From contig CT868163.1 of the NCBI GenBank assembly GCA_000165425.1, forward strand, positions 496,001 through 553,472: a stretch of DNA of 57,472 bases, read 5' to 3'. This stretch comes from Paramecium tetraurelia. Its lineage: Eukaryota. The position numbers and the translations under genes were made by a program. Positions 1 to 11,769 of the stretch are shown here, piece by piece. The first letter of the stretch is position 1. Each line of letters starts with the position of its first letter. The notes under the pieces were generated by a model that made no database searches, was not told the origin of the DNA, and worked only from the letters and a program-made list of their open reading frames with translations.

Positions 1-598
1 TAAATTAAATAAATTAAGGGAGTTTGATTATTTAAGATAAACTAATAAAGGGTATTGATTTATAAATCATTCAGAAATTGAAAATTTAAGTAATTCTATT
101 TTAGATTATTCTATCATAAAAGCCATCTTTTGTAAAAATATCTGATTAAAATTAAGATTCTGATTTTGGTTAATAATCCTTCATAGATCTGAATATCATC
201 TATTTGGATCTAAGTTGAAGATTATCATCTTAAGGTTGAATTAAAGTTTCAGAGTTTTTTTAGATATGTTTTTATTTTTCTGATTCTCTAAATTACTAGA
301 TTAAACTATCAATGGATTCTTTGTTTAATTTGCTATTATGAAGTTTATGGCCATTATTAATAGATTACTACACTAATTCAAGATATCTATTGACGTTTGC
401 TTATTTTAATGGAGTTGGAATGATGAAATTAGTTTGAATGTTTTATTGCTTTAATTTTTAGTAACCTCTTAATTGTTCATAAGCCCCTTCACTTATATAT
501 ACTTCAACTTTCATTTTCTTTTTATCATTTTATTTTTTCAATTTTTCTTCAGGAGATTAGAGTGATTCCTACACATTAAATAAATCATCTTTATCCAT
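1..598 (-). CDS. Hypothetical protein, 5' part (runs off window start)
   Basis: ATG at 598 preceded by AT-rich spacer; in code 6 reads MDKDDLFNVQESLQSPEEKLKKQNDKKKMKVEVYISEGAYEQLRGYQKLS...; no family recognised. Confidence 0.55.
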
Positions 599-681
599 AA
601 ATATATTTTAATATTAAAGAATTAGATTATTTTTGTACTATTTTCTATAAATTATCTTCTATTTTATAATACATCATTAAT

Positions 682-1036
682 ATGAATTAATAATTAATTA
701 TTAAGAATATTCTATGTATCATTCATAATAAATTTACAAGTAAATGATTACTATGAAAACTTAGAATATTTGATAATATTATAACTGTACCCATAAGGTG
801 TAAGCAACTTTGAAGGTTTGCAATTATGCAATTAAACCAACTTATCATAATTTTCAATCCTTAATGTTAAAAGCCCTTAAATCAATTTAATTTTCAACTC
901 AATGCTTATAAATTATAAAATGTTCCAGAATTATGACATATCAAATAGGAATTCATTCCAATCTAAATTTGAAATTTCAATTTTCTCTAATTAATTGAAA
1001 GATACATTAATAAGATTATTCTTCATAGAGCAATGA
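682..1036 (+). CDS. Small hypothetical protein
   Basis: ATG 682; removing 25-nt intron gtatcattcataataaatttacaag joins MNQQLIIKNIL to LNDYYENLEYLIILQLYPQG..., TGA at 1034-1036. Confidence 0.4.
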
Positions 1037-1155
1037 TTTCATTTAAGAATAATCTACTTTGGAATTAGCTCAATAGACCTATCTTGATGAGTATGCGAAC
1101 CCCTCTAAAATCTTTTTTTAATTGCAATTAGAAATCTAATAATTATTTTATAAAA

Positions 1156-1908
1156 ATGTCTAATGACTTAGGAGTTTAGAAAAAAAAACATAAATACATT
1201 GATTCTGAAGAGGAAGAGCAATAGCAATAATAGCCTGTGTAATAACCATAAGAATAATCTCCAATTGCATAAACAATCACAGTTGATAATCAGAAATGGA
1301 AATACTTATTTGAACCTGATTCTTCTGAGTAATAGGAAGGTATTAATTTGAAATCTATTATGAAGAAAAGAAAGTTAAAAAAATTCCGAATCCATAAATC
1401 ACCAAATAAAAATAGCCTGAACAAAGAGTTAAGTAAATTAAATCAAATCCTGACACAGATGATTTGAGATATGAAATTTTGACTAGATGGTGGTATTGCT
1501 TTGATTAATGGCCACCTTCCGATTTTGATTATGAAGAAGCCTTGAACAAATATAAATTAAGGAAGGTTGATTTGTCAGTTTTTAAAAGGGAATCTGAGAT
1601 GAATGGTCAAGGCTTTAGAAAGGTTTATGAAGTTAATGGATATAAAGGTGTATTTAGGACTTCTGCTGTACATATACCAAATTTATTGATAGGGTGATAC
1701 TCTAGATCTTAGACCAAAGGAGGGTTGTCCATCCTTTGAATAAATCTCAAAGATTAATTCAAAAAACTTGCCCAAAATATTAATAAAAGGCTTGAAAGCT
1801 TAATTGGAAGACTTAATTAAGTATGAGCCTAACAATAAATAATTAAAAAAAAATTTAGAACACTAATTAGCATAAATTTAAAATTAATATCGAAAATAGA
1901 TGGAGTGA
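1156..1908 (+). CDS. Conserved hypothetical protein (RWWY..WPP motif)
   Basis: Two short introns; ...ILTRWWYCFDQWPPSDFDYEEALNKYKLRKV...KVYEVNGYKGVFRTSAGDTLDLRPKEGCPSF...; TGA 1906-1908. Confidence 0.8.
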
Positions 1909-2511
1909 TAATTGTGATTTAGATTTTATGTAGAAGTAGTGAAACAATAAAACAATAAATAAATTATCTTATTATTCATATGCATGATCTAGTTCGTAGT
2001 TTGAAGAGTAATATAATGAGAGTCATTTATATTTAAGATTCAAAGATGAATCAAGCTAATAAGTTGAACTTCATATTTCTAAATTCAATACAAAATGCGA
2101 TTAATTTGCTGATTCTTATTTTCTAACTATTTGTCTAAATCGTCCTTATATTTTGTCTAAACAACTTTTTTCCTTGTTTATTGATCCCCAATCAATATTA
2201 CATTTAAAGTACTTTCTAATTCAATCTTTCTTAAGAATTATGAAATTATTCATGACTTTAGTTTATTTAAAGCACAGTAGTATATTTCAACTTATAGCTT
2301 TTAACTATGAAAATAGCTGAAAATTTTAGAAGTCACTTCTACAAAATAAAAATAAATTTGAAAATTTTCATTATGAGATATTAATATCAGAATTTTACTT
2401 AATTTGTTGGTTATCAATTAAAACGAATATTTGATACATACATGAATAAATTATTGATGAATTAATTCGTTTTTCCATTTTTTAATAATCTTATTTTTAT
2501 AAATTAGAGAA

Positions 2512-3661
2512 ATGAAGCGCATAGTATTGAGCTTACTGTGTATAGGCATATGCTTATCCATTAGTAATAGAAGTGTGCAAGAAACACTAATTGCTGAGAT
2601 GGACAATGAACACGTAAATGAGCATGACTAATTGATCTTTCGTAATTGGATGTTAGAATATGGCAAATCATATGACAATGATTTTACAGCAATACATAGA
2701 ATGCAGATCTTTATGAGAAATAAGAAAAACATTGAAGTATGCATAGGTTTACTTATAGATAGAAACATAATCATGTTGGAGCAAAATATAAAGCTAAATT
2801 GAATGAATTTTCAGATTAAGATTATGATGAGTTATCATTGAAAATGTTCATGCATTTAGATTTTAGCGATGACGATTTTAAATTCGGCAATCCACATTTC
2901 TTTAGCAAAGAAGACATCAAGGAATTGCGAAATCATCCCATCCTGACTCAAATGAGAGAATAAGCAAGGAAAGGAGACTCTTTGGATTGGACAAAGCAAG
3001 TAAAAAATGGTTGAATTTAGGTAACACCCTCCAGACCATAAGGAACATGCGGTAGTTGTTGGGCATTCTCCTCCTCTGATGTTGCAATAAGTAGACTTGC
3101 ATTGAAGGGAAAGGAAGACTTAACCCAATTGTCAAAGACTCATTTAATAGATTGTTGTGTTGGAGATAAGAATAAGGGATGCAATGGAGGATCTCCTATT
3201 GGTGCATACAAATTCATAAATGAGAATGGAGCACTCAAGGAGAATGAATATAGAGAATATGACGCTACATAACAAGAATGTAAAAAGCCAGTAGGAACAA
3301 TTGGCAAAGGTCAGATAGCTGATGTTGAAAAGGTAGACGATCCAAATTTTGAGTAAGTGAATCATATAATGAGTTTAGACAAATTAAAGAGGCTCTTCAA
3401 GATGGTCCAGTCACTGCCTTAATGTATGCAGACAAATCATGGTTCGAATATGGAGGTGGTATCATTGACACTTGTAGTTATGTCGGAGCCAAAGAGCTCA
3501 GCCATGCAGTTGTCATTGTTGGATATGGAAAAGATCATTATAAAGTCAAAAACTCTTGGGGACCAGGCTGGGGAGAAAATGGATTTTTTTAGGTTCAAAG
3601 AACTGGAGCTCCTGAATGTTTGGATAAGATTAAGAAGATTTCGTACCCAATTATTTAATGA
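2512..3661 (+). CDS. Papain-family (C1A) cathepsin-L-like cysteine protease, secreted/lysosomal
   Basis: Signal peptide MKRIVLSLLCIGICLS; ERFNIN-like prodomain (HRMQIFMRNKKNIE..HN), LNEFSD; QGTCGSCWAF with TAA at the oxyanion Gln; GCNGG; LSHAVVIVGYG; KNSWG..WGENG; 3 tiny introns. Confidence 0.95.
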
Positions 3662-3688
3662 TGCCATTTATAATACACATATTTAGAT

Positions 3689-4851
3689 TCATTATTCTAT
3701 AATCCCATCAACTGTCCTATATACTATTTCTTATATATCCTTGGATGGAATTGGATCATTCTGCTTACCAAGTAATTTTGAACTTAATTCCTTTTTCAAT
3801 TACTCATTTTATGGTGAAGCAACCTTGGATTCGTATTCCTATCGATCACAATTATAATATTATAAAATTAATTATGGTATATTTAAAGTTCTGTTGTCAA
3901 TCCATAAGAATGAATTTAAATTAGACCTGAAATATTTGCGCTAATAAGCTGCGTATTGACGTGATTTTATATAGAATTGTTAAATGAACTTCAAAACATA
4001 CTCCCTCTTCTATTTTTCTGCTCTCTTATTTGATATATATCTTCCTTCCAATATACTTTAAAAGCATTTTAATAAATTCACAAATTCATCATACCCTAAA
4101 GGTGTAGTGACTCGAAACTCTTTTTAATGTTGCATCTAATAAAATTAATAAAATTCTTCAATCACTCCTTATCGAATCATTTCATCACACCTGATACTTA
4201 AACAAAGAAGAATACCTTGCATAAATCTTTTTTGAAATATTTTCTTAAGGTTCTGTAAAAAAGAACCCTCTAATATCCATTTCATCACATAATCTTGGAT
4301 CATCCTGATTGAACGGAGAAGTGATAGATTCTCCTTTGGTCAATAAAGCAAATCGCAACGCCTTCTAAATTCTATATCTATCTGATGAATTGATGGAGTC
4401 ATCATAATTTTTGAAATGCTCCTTCAATAGAGCTTGTGGATCCCTACAATTTTCCAATAATTTTGATGCTTCTAAATCTGCAGCCTTTATTTAATTTTCT
4501 TCAAACTGCTCTTTCCTTGAGTTTAGCAAATAATTCATAAAGAAACAACATCCTCCTTCTAGTATGGCATTATCCCTTTATTTCAAAATCTCCATGACTT
4601 CCATTTTATAATGATAACTTGTGATTGTCTATTTCAATCCATCATATTTTCCTATGAGTTCGTAATTATCTATTTTTTTAGGCCAGTTACTCGATATTGG
4701 CCAATTCTTATAAATCTACAATTAAATTAATAATTCTTACTTACAGAGAGTCAACAGGAATTACAATTGTTTTTAATTATTCACCAAGCAATTAAACTAA
4801 TTATGATTTGCCTGATCCTGTAAGTCCTGAAACAATGAGCAATTTTTTCAT
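3689..4851 (-). CDS. tRNA dimethylallyltransferase (IPP transferase, MiaA/Mod5/TRIT1 family)
   Basis: MKKLLIVSGLTGSGKS P-loop; IPVDSLQIYK; LEGGCCFFM; PLGYDEF; SRQYAAYQRKYF (cf. TRQYAKRQ.TWF). Confidence 0.85.
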
Positions 4852-4892
4852 AATTAAAATTAATTGTTCAAATTATCAAATATATTCATAAT

Positions 4893-6179
4893 TCATTATT
4901 AAGGTTGCTGTTGTTATTCCAAATATTTCCGAATCTGTCTCTCTACTAATTCCTAATTTTTCATCAGGAATTTCATGTTTTTCGGATCTTCATTACTCAT
5001 CTCTTCATCATTTTACATAAGTTCCAAATATGAATTCTATTGCAAGAATAGATTTTCTAAGAATAAACTAGGACTCTTTTGATACTGATAATAAGCATCT
5101 CTCTTTAATTTATGACTCTTGCTTTAATCTAAGTACTTCTGAATCTACTTTTCAAATCCCTTGATTTTCTAATTTAATTAAATAAATGGATGTTCTGCTC
5201 TTTGCTACTTCTTCTCAGAATTGTCTTCTGTCACGACCTTCTGAGCTAGAAATGGCATCAATTCAGGTGAAAAACTCATCTCTTATTCCACTACAACGTC
5301 AAATCCAATATAATTGCTAACTCCCAAATGATGTTTTATTTGAATTGGTTCTGGGTTCTCAATAAACATTTTTAGAAGCATATTGAGATTAGATATAGGA
5401 ATACGTTCCTATCCAAATAATTGCTTTAATTATTCATCAGCAATTATTTAATCTTTATTCTCTTTGTCTGTTAAATTATTTAACTGATCAAATAATTCAA
5501 GAAATTTACCTTCACATATTCCCAAAAGCAATATAAGATTTGCGATCTGGTGCCTTCTTTAATTCCAAGCAATTGCTAGAGAGTTTTATGTAGTTTATAC
5601 TTTTAAGGGTAGGTTTAGAGAATGATTGAAATAAGTACATCACAAGCTGGTCCTTTTCTTTTGATATGAAATCCACTTGTTTCCTGTTGTTATTTTTATT
5701 ATTATAAATGATTCCTATTCCATTATATTACATTTTATGATGCATAATATGTTTTATCAAATTGGACTTCAAGTTATCTGATAAAATAGGAGAAAGGCTT
5801 CTTGTCTTCTGAAAGCACTTAGCCTTTGATATAAAGATTCCATTCATCACAAACCAATTCAGAGTATACTATAATTCTGAGGGTCTTTTTTAGATATTAA
5901 CCGGGTTGAATGAAAGATTCTTATAACTCAATTCGCTTACTTTTAATCAATTAGTCAATTCGATTATCGTATCTTTGAATAGTGATAGGATGATTACTTA
6001 ACTAAATTATTCAAAATTTTAATTTATGGACATAATTGAATTGTTTCATCATCAAATTGAATACTCGATTTATCATATAGTTATTTAAGTTGTGTTTTAA
6101 CATCTGGCTATCTGACAGGTTATCTTTATTATTATTATGGCTATTGTTGAGTACTTTATTATTATTATTGAGTAGCCAT
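4893..6179 (-). CDS. SWI/SNF subunit BAF60/SMARCD (Swp73/Snf12)-like, SWIB domain
   Basis: KKTLRIIVYS, WNLYIKGQVL, KPFSYFIRQLEVQFD, GFHIKRKG, SWIB domain YKLHKTLQQLLGIKEGTRSQILYCFWEYVKLNNLTD...IIADEQLKQLFG; C-terminal KRDAY..YQKSPSLFL. Confidence 0.9.
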
Positions 6180-6362
6180 TTTATTATATATAAATAAATT
6201 TACAATCATTAGGTAGTCAAAATATTGTAATTGGTAGGAATAAATATTCAAAAAATAAAATCCTATCCAATCAAATAATCGAATTTCAAGTGGAATATTA
6301 TTTTCAAAATCAATCAAGTGTTAATAACCTCACTATTGATTTGAAGATTCGATGATAAGACT

Positions 6363-7035
6363 ATGATGTATAAATATTCAATTTAAAAACCGTTTTAAAT
6401 TCTTAGATGGGAGGAGTCATTTTATAAATAATAAACCGAACAAAAATAGAAGTTTGATAGACTATAGATAATTTATTTCCGTCGAGAATAATAAAGTATG
6501 GTATTATAAATTAGTCAGTTCAATCCTGTGTGTAACTTAGATAGCCAACCTATACTTCGTCTGACGTCATGGGGTTATATTGGGCTTCTCTTCGGATAGC
6601 CCGAAGCATTAACTTTTAATCTAGAGGATGAGTGTATATTTTATTACATTTTAGGAGAACTTTGATTTTTGATATTCTTTTTGAGCTTACAGACTTTAGG
6701 TTGAGAGATGCCATCTCTTTGGTAAGAGATCGTGTTGAATTCTTTTAGGTTTTGGATATACTGCATGGTTGATATTCAACCTCGTATTCCTATTGATTAA
6801 AATTGCATTGATTGATATATTATTGAGAATCATTATGATTTTGCTCCTCTTCGGCTTCAAAAAAATTCATATGATAAGAAAAATAATTTAAAAATCAATA
6901 TAAGATTTGGTATATGTTTAGAAACAATACTGGATAGAGACAAGTTCAAGAAAACAACTGGATAGAAAAATATAGAATAAATCCCATTTGAGAATTGCAC
7001 TCTTTAATCAAGCAAAAGATTTTGTAAAATCTTGA
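6363..7035 (+). CDS. Hypothetical membrane protein
   Basis: Continuous code-6 frame after removing two short GT-AG introns; hydrophobic GFGYTAWLIFNLVFLLIKIALIDILLRIIMILLLFGF. Confidence 0.65.
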
Positions 7036-7067
7036 TAATATTTTCAATTTCATAGCCATAATATTTA

Positions 7068-7360
7068 TCAAATTTATCTTCGAACATTATCGAAGAGTCC
7101 ATTGCTATATTAGTGCAAGGCCAAACCCAAACCAATTCCAGCAGAATAGCCAATGATACCTACTTTATTTTTGAAGAAGATAGATATCAAAGTTCCACTA
7201 AATAACCCTGCACTTGTATATGTAAAGGATTTGACTAACAATCTAATGTAGTTTCACTTCATTACCGATTCAAAAGTATATCAGCATCTTGAATTTACTA
7301 CTCAGTATATTAAAGTACTTCGGTACTTTGTCCAAGTGTGAAGTTTTTTTGTTCGGTCAT
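7068..7360 (-). CDS. MIC10: MICOS complex subunit Mic10-like
   Basis: ~80 aa after short introns: ...DILLNRLLVKSFTYTSAGLFSGTLISIFFKNKVGIIGYSAGIGLGLALH...; two TM segments, basic FFKNK hinge, GxGxG motif. Confidence 0.8.
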
Positions 7361-7444
7361 TTTAATAAAATAAATTATTATTATTTTATCTTTGTTATGA
7401 TGATTTGGTATTCATTTTTATTATGTTTATATAATGATCAATCA

Positions 7445-7797
7445 TCAAAGGGTATTTATGCAGCCTAAGTGTAATCCAATCTGCCTGATGTCGACTTCCG
7501 CAGAGTCGTCTTGATTTTCATAAAATATAAATGAATTACCTAGAAGAAATACACTAAACAATACCTTAAGCCTCCTCCAACAAAGAGAACAGTGACAAAT
7601 CAAATTGGTTGGCAATTCGTAATCCAGACATAGTAGAAGACAGTCGGATGATTTGGTTTATTTGATTGAGCACACTACATAATAAGTGATATCAAATACA
7701 TTCTCATTTGAACTTTCTATTATTAGCAGGAGAATCGGTAGGTGGATTTTACAACAGGTGCCACAAAAGCTCTTGTGAAAGCAAAGAAACCTCGCAT
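7445..7797 (-). CDS. Small protein with predicted mitochondrial presequence; 3' exon structure ambiguous
   Basis: MRGFFAFTRAFVAPVVKSTYRFS (Arg/Phe-rich, no acidic residues); 25-nt intron; alternative 3' splicing options (see findings). Confidence 0.65.
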
Positions 7798-7846
7798 CAC
7801 AAATAAAATTTATAAATATTATCTGATAAATTGCTTATAATATTGT

Positions 7847-9065
7847 TCACAATCTTCTAATTCCTCCTCTCTCCAAAGCTGATTCGGCTTAAGATAACAA
7901 CATCAACTCATTATCCCACCCGTCATTGAGTTGCTTATTCTATTCCTATCTAATCCATTATATTGACCAAATACCTAGCAACCCATCCAGCATTCACATT
8001 ATCAAGATTGGCCTAAGCAGTATCCAAATTAGATTATGCATCCTTTAAAAGTCCTGATTTGGTTGCGATTTCACCATCCTTGGTTTCAATGTCTCCTTTC
8101 AATTATGGAATTATCTCGTTATTCAATAAATTGATGTTCTCCTCCAAAGAAGTCAACAATCCATTGTTGGTGTCCTTTTCCAATTGAGCATTCATTAATA
8201 AAGCCTATTTTGTGGCCACCAAATCTTCCCTCAAACTTTGAAGTAACTTGACTGCATTTCCTGCTTATTCTTAATCAGCAAACCTAAGAAATTGTATAAT
8301 TACTCTAATTACCCTTATGTGCTCATTTAGATCAATACTTTTGACAATGGCTCAAAAAGATGAGGAAGATGAGATACTTCACCCAATCTTCTTGAGAATG
8401 TGGCAGCTGAAACAGCCAGATCCTCTTTGTTTACTTCAATAAATGATGACTCTATAAGAATGATTGGATTGGATTACATTTAATCAATTGCAATTTTGCT
8501 ATAACTTAGTCAACTATGGAAATTGATTAGTCGTATTCTGCTGTCTTCTTTGCTGTTGCCTAATCGTTATTCTACACTGTTCTTTGCAATTATGCTTGAT
8601 TTTTTTGGGAATCACTCAATTATTGGCTTTTATCATATAAACTTTATTATAAGCTGTTTCTATCCTTCTTGAATGTTGTAATGTCACTCTCATGTTATGC
8701 AACCTTCGATCAATATTAAGCTAATACTTCTGTTTTGTATTCTGTAACTTGATTTTAATAGAACTCTGAATCGCTCAAGAATTACTAAAAGAAAGAATCC
8801 AATGATTCAGCTTCATCTTATTTTGCTTATTAGGTTGATTCAACTATGTCATCTATAGCTGCATATAATGGACTAAAATCCACTTCTGTAAATTATTGCA
8901 ATGATATCATATTTAACATGGTTTTTCCTAATTTACTTTTGGTCAGTAATCCGAGCTATTCATCAAACATACTTGCCTAGCTTGAACATATTTTTGATGT
9001 CATTACTTTGTAGTTTATGTGCAATACGCTATTGCGATTATACATAAAAGTGCATAAATTCTCAT
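7847..9065 (-). CDS. Trichocyst matrix protein (TMP/GRL-like dense-core granule protein)
   Basis: Signal peptide MRIYALLCIIAIAYC; LTKSKLGKTMLNMISLQ; two coiled-coil halves separated by SSFIEV processing-like region; several tiny introns. Confidence 0.75.
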
Positions 9066-10064
9066 TAAAACGGATATTATTAATATTATATAAATATATC
9101 GATTATTTTTCATCATTATCAAATGTAATTCTTATCACCTTCCCCAATCTTCTATTGAATTCCAAAAGTATGATCGATAATTCCTTAGTTTTCATATATT
9201 ATCATAAGAAGTAAGTAATATTTAATACATTCTCAAAACTCTTATTATTATTCCTTAAGACTATCAATCTCTTTGGTTATTAAGGGCTTTAACCTTGGGA
9301 TTAAAAAATGTAACTACACAGACTGTTAATCACAAAAATAGCATTTCAATTATACCATTTTCACTTTTTATAAGGATCTAAATATTCCAATTAAAATGAA
9401 TAGTTCATTAGTTTAGAATTATTATTACACATTTATTTAACTTAAAAAGTTGTAAAATTCAAATAAGTTATTGATTCCATCTGATTTAATTATCAATCTG
9501 ATCTTGATTCTCAAAGGGATGATTTTCTGATTGTTTCTATTTATTTTAAGCTCGGCCACAATTTTCTTTGATTTTTGTTAATTAACTCAAAATATGAAAG
9601 CAATTGCGCGCCATCTATGAAGTAATTTTCTAGACTTTTCAATAATAATGCTCATGATATTCCATTTAATTTTTCTGAGATTTGTTGAATTGTGGAACAA
9701 AGTGGTAATTTAACTTGGGTGTATGTTTTATTACTTAAAATCAACAGAACATATTAAGAGAATCTGAATTGCTCCAAAATTTAATGAGTACAATATTTTT
9801 GTTAAAGGAGTTTCAAATCGTAGCAAAAGAAGGATTTGTTATTCAATATTATAGTGATTAATATGTTGATTATACTCTTACTGTTTTCGCTTCTTCGACT
9901 GTTGTGACTATTGCACCTGTCAAAGAAAGACTCAAGAGTAACATTTGCAATTTTTAATATTTCAATTATTTTACTTTCATAACCAAAGATATCAAGAGAA
10001 ATTAGCAGAGAGAGTTATTGTTTCTTCAAGCATAGAGATTGAAATTACGTTAAATAATACAATA

Positions 10065-10364
10065 TCAAGATAACTAGTCTAAAACTAATGTGCTTAGTCT
10101 TCTTCTAAACAATGGAGACTTACACAAATGTAGTTTGCTGCTCTTGATTGTTGAACAAGAAGTGGCTTCGGAGATTTCAGTGTCAGAATCCATAGATTTA
10201 AATGAGAAAATGGTTTTTTTCTTGGACAACTCAAAGTTGATTTGTTTTAACTGAGGATCTGTGAATTGATCCAACAATAACTCCTCCTCTAGATACTAAA
10301 TGATTCTCTTCTCCGTATCACTTATTTTTGTAGGGGTTATCTCTTTTGCAATAGGATCATCCAT
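10065..10364 (-). CDS. Small hypothetical protein (99 aa)
   Basis: Intronless code-6 ORF MDDPIAKEITPTKISDTEKRIIQYLEEELLLDQF...RRRLSTLVLDQLS*. Confidence 0.7.
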
Positions 10365-10729
10365 TAATAATTAATCTTATCTTAATTATATTATGCTCTT
10401 CAAAATTTCTAAAATCTTGTTTTAAACTAAAATAAGATGATATTATTCAAAATGTTTAATTGTATTTCAAGATTCGCATATTAAAAAGATATTAATTGAT
10501 AATTTTATAATATCAAGGTTCTAATTCCCACTCATACTATTTCAATTAGCGAGTGGGACATTCCAAATGACATTCAAGTAAATAAAACATGAAATTTCAG
10601 AGATAAAAGCTATAATTTATCTCCTTCCAATATGAGTGAATGAATGACTGAGAATAAGCCAATTTTTAAGATAGTTTATATTGAGTATTTATAATCTGAA
10701 TTTAAATAATATTAAATATCAAACAATAT

Positions 10730-11716
10730 ATGAATAGTATGTCGTCAATCATACGAGTAGAACAGCCCATCAATTAGTATAATAATCAGATCGTGACAAA
10801 AGCGAATCAAAAGTTACTGATAAAAAATGATAATTTAAAAGTACCCTTATTAACTAAGTTCTTAGCAATAATTTTATTTTGACTATTTTAAACAGAAAGT
10901 AGCATTTATTACGAATGATGGCTGTGTTAAGATCTACGACATCATATAAACTAGGGAAGGTCAGAAGCATGTTTATAATTGCGAAATTGAGGCGTATGAT
11001 AATTTTGATTTTGAAGTCATTAGGGAGAAATCAGTTCTTTATCGTGGCAAAGTCCTAAAATGGACAATCTGATTGTCACATGTGGAGAGGATTAGACCAT
11101 ACGAATATTTAAGGAAACTGGGAAGGTTTGGAGAGAAATATGCAAAATAAACGAGAATAAAAATCCTTATATAGTAAAATGGATATAAAACGAACTAATT
11201 CTAGTAGTGGGATATTATGAGGGGTACTTCGAGGTAAGACAAGGAGAGGACTTTAAATGTGTTCATAGTTTTGAAATGTTTGATCAATTGATTGATTTCG
11301 ATTTACAGATGATGAAATAAGATGCCATTCTTGTATGTTCTGGACTCATTGGCAATTCATAATATTTATTTTAAATGGAAACAATAAAATTTTAAGATTA
11401 GAACAAATTTGTGAATAAAAAGAAACTTTAGTATCAATTACAACAGCAAATTCAGAATTTAAAGATAGCTCCTTATATGAACAATGGCGAAATAAAGGTG
11501 GCTGGATAATTTTAGGAGAATGCAGTGGTTATAAACATAGAATACAACGAAGAGCTGGATAAAACAATTGATAAACTGACAGACTAATTAATACCAGTTG
11601 ATTCAAATTGTTGGCAATTTGAGTGGTCCACCTTTGGTAATGAGTTACAAGTATATACTGAAAGAGAAGTGAGAATATATTAGTAAAACATTGATGATAA
11701 ATTTGTGATATTATGA
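10730..11716 (+). CDS. Divergent Sec13/Seh1-like WD40 protein
   Basis: FDYFKQKVAFITNDGCVKIYD...AHQGEISSLSWQSPKMDNLIVTCGEDQTIRIFKETGKVW parallels Sec13 DYYGKRLATCSSD..IKIF...GHEGPVW.VAWAHPKFG.ILASC; C-terminal CWQFEWSTFGNEL. Confidence 0.75.
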
Positions 11717-11769
11717 AAGATCTAATATAGGATTTTATTTTATGGATTGTATTTTTATAAACAATATTA

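Noticed and set aside
2100..2230. Minus-strand LNVILIGDQQTRKK resembling a Rab G1 lead-in
   Set aside because: No GK(S/T), flanked by TGA stops, no further GTPase motifs; too short to support
2917..3686. ORF-track entries 2917-3135, 3144-3365, 3426-3686, 3437-3667
   Set aside because: Antisense or off-frame shadows of the cathepsin gene read in the wrong genetic code
9100..10060. Coding-looking ~950 bp between TMP-like gene and small ORF
   Set aside because: TGA stops in all frames I tried on both strands and no consistent intron solution; left unannotated
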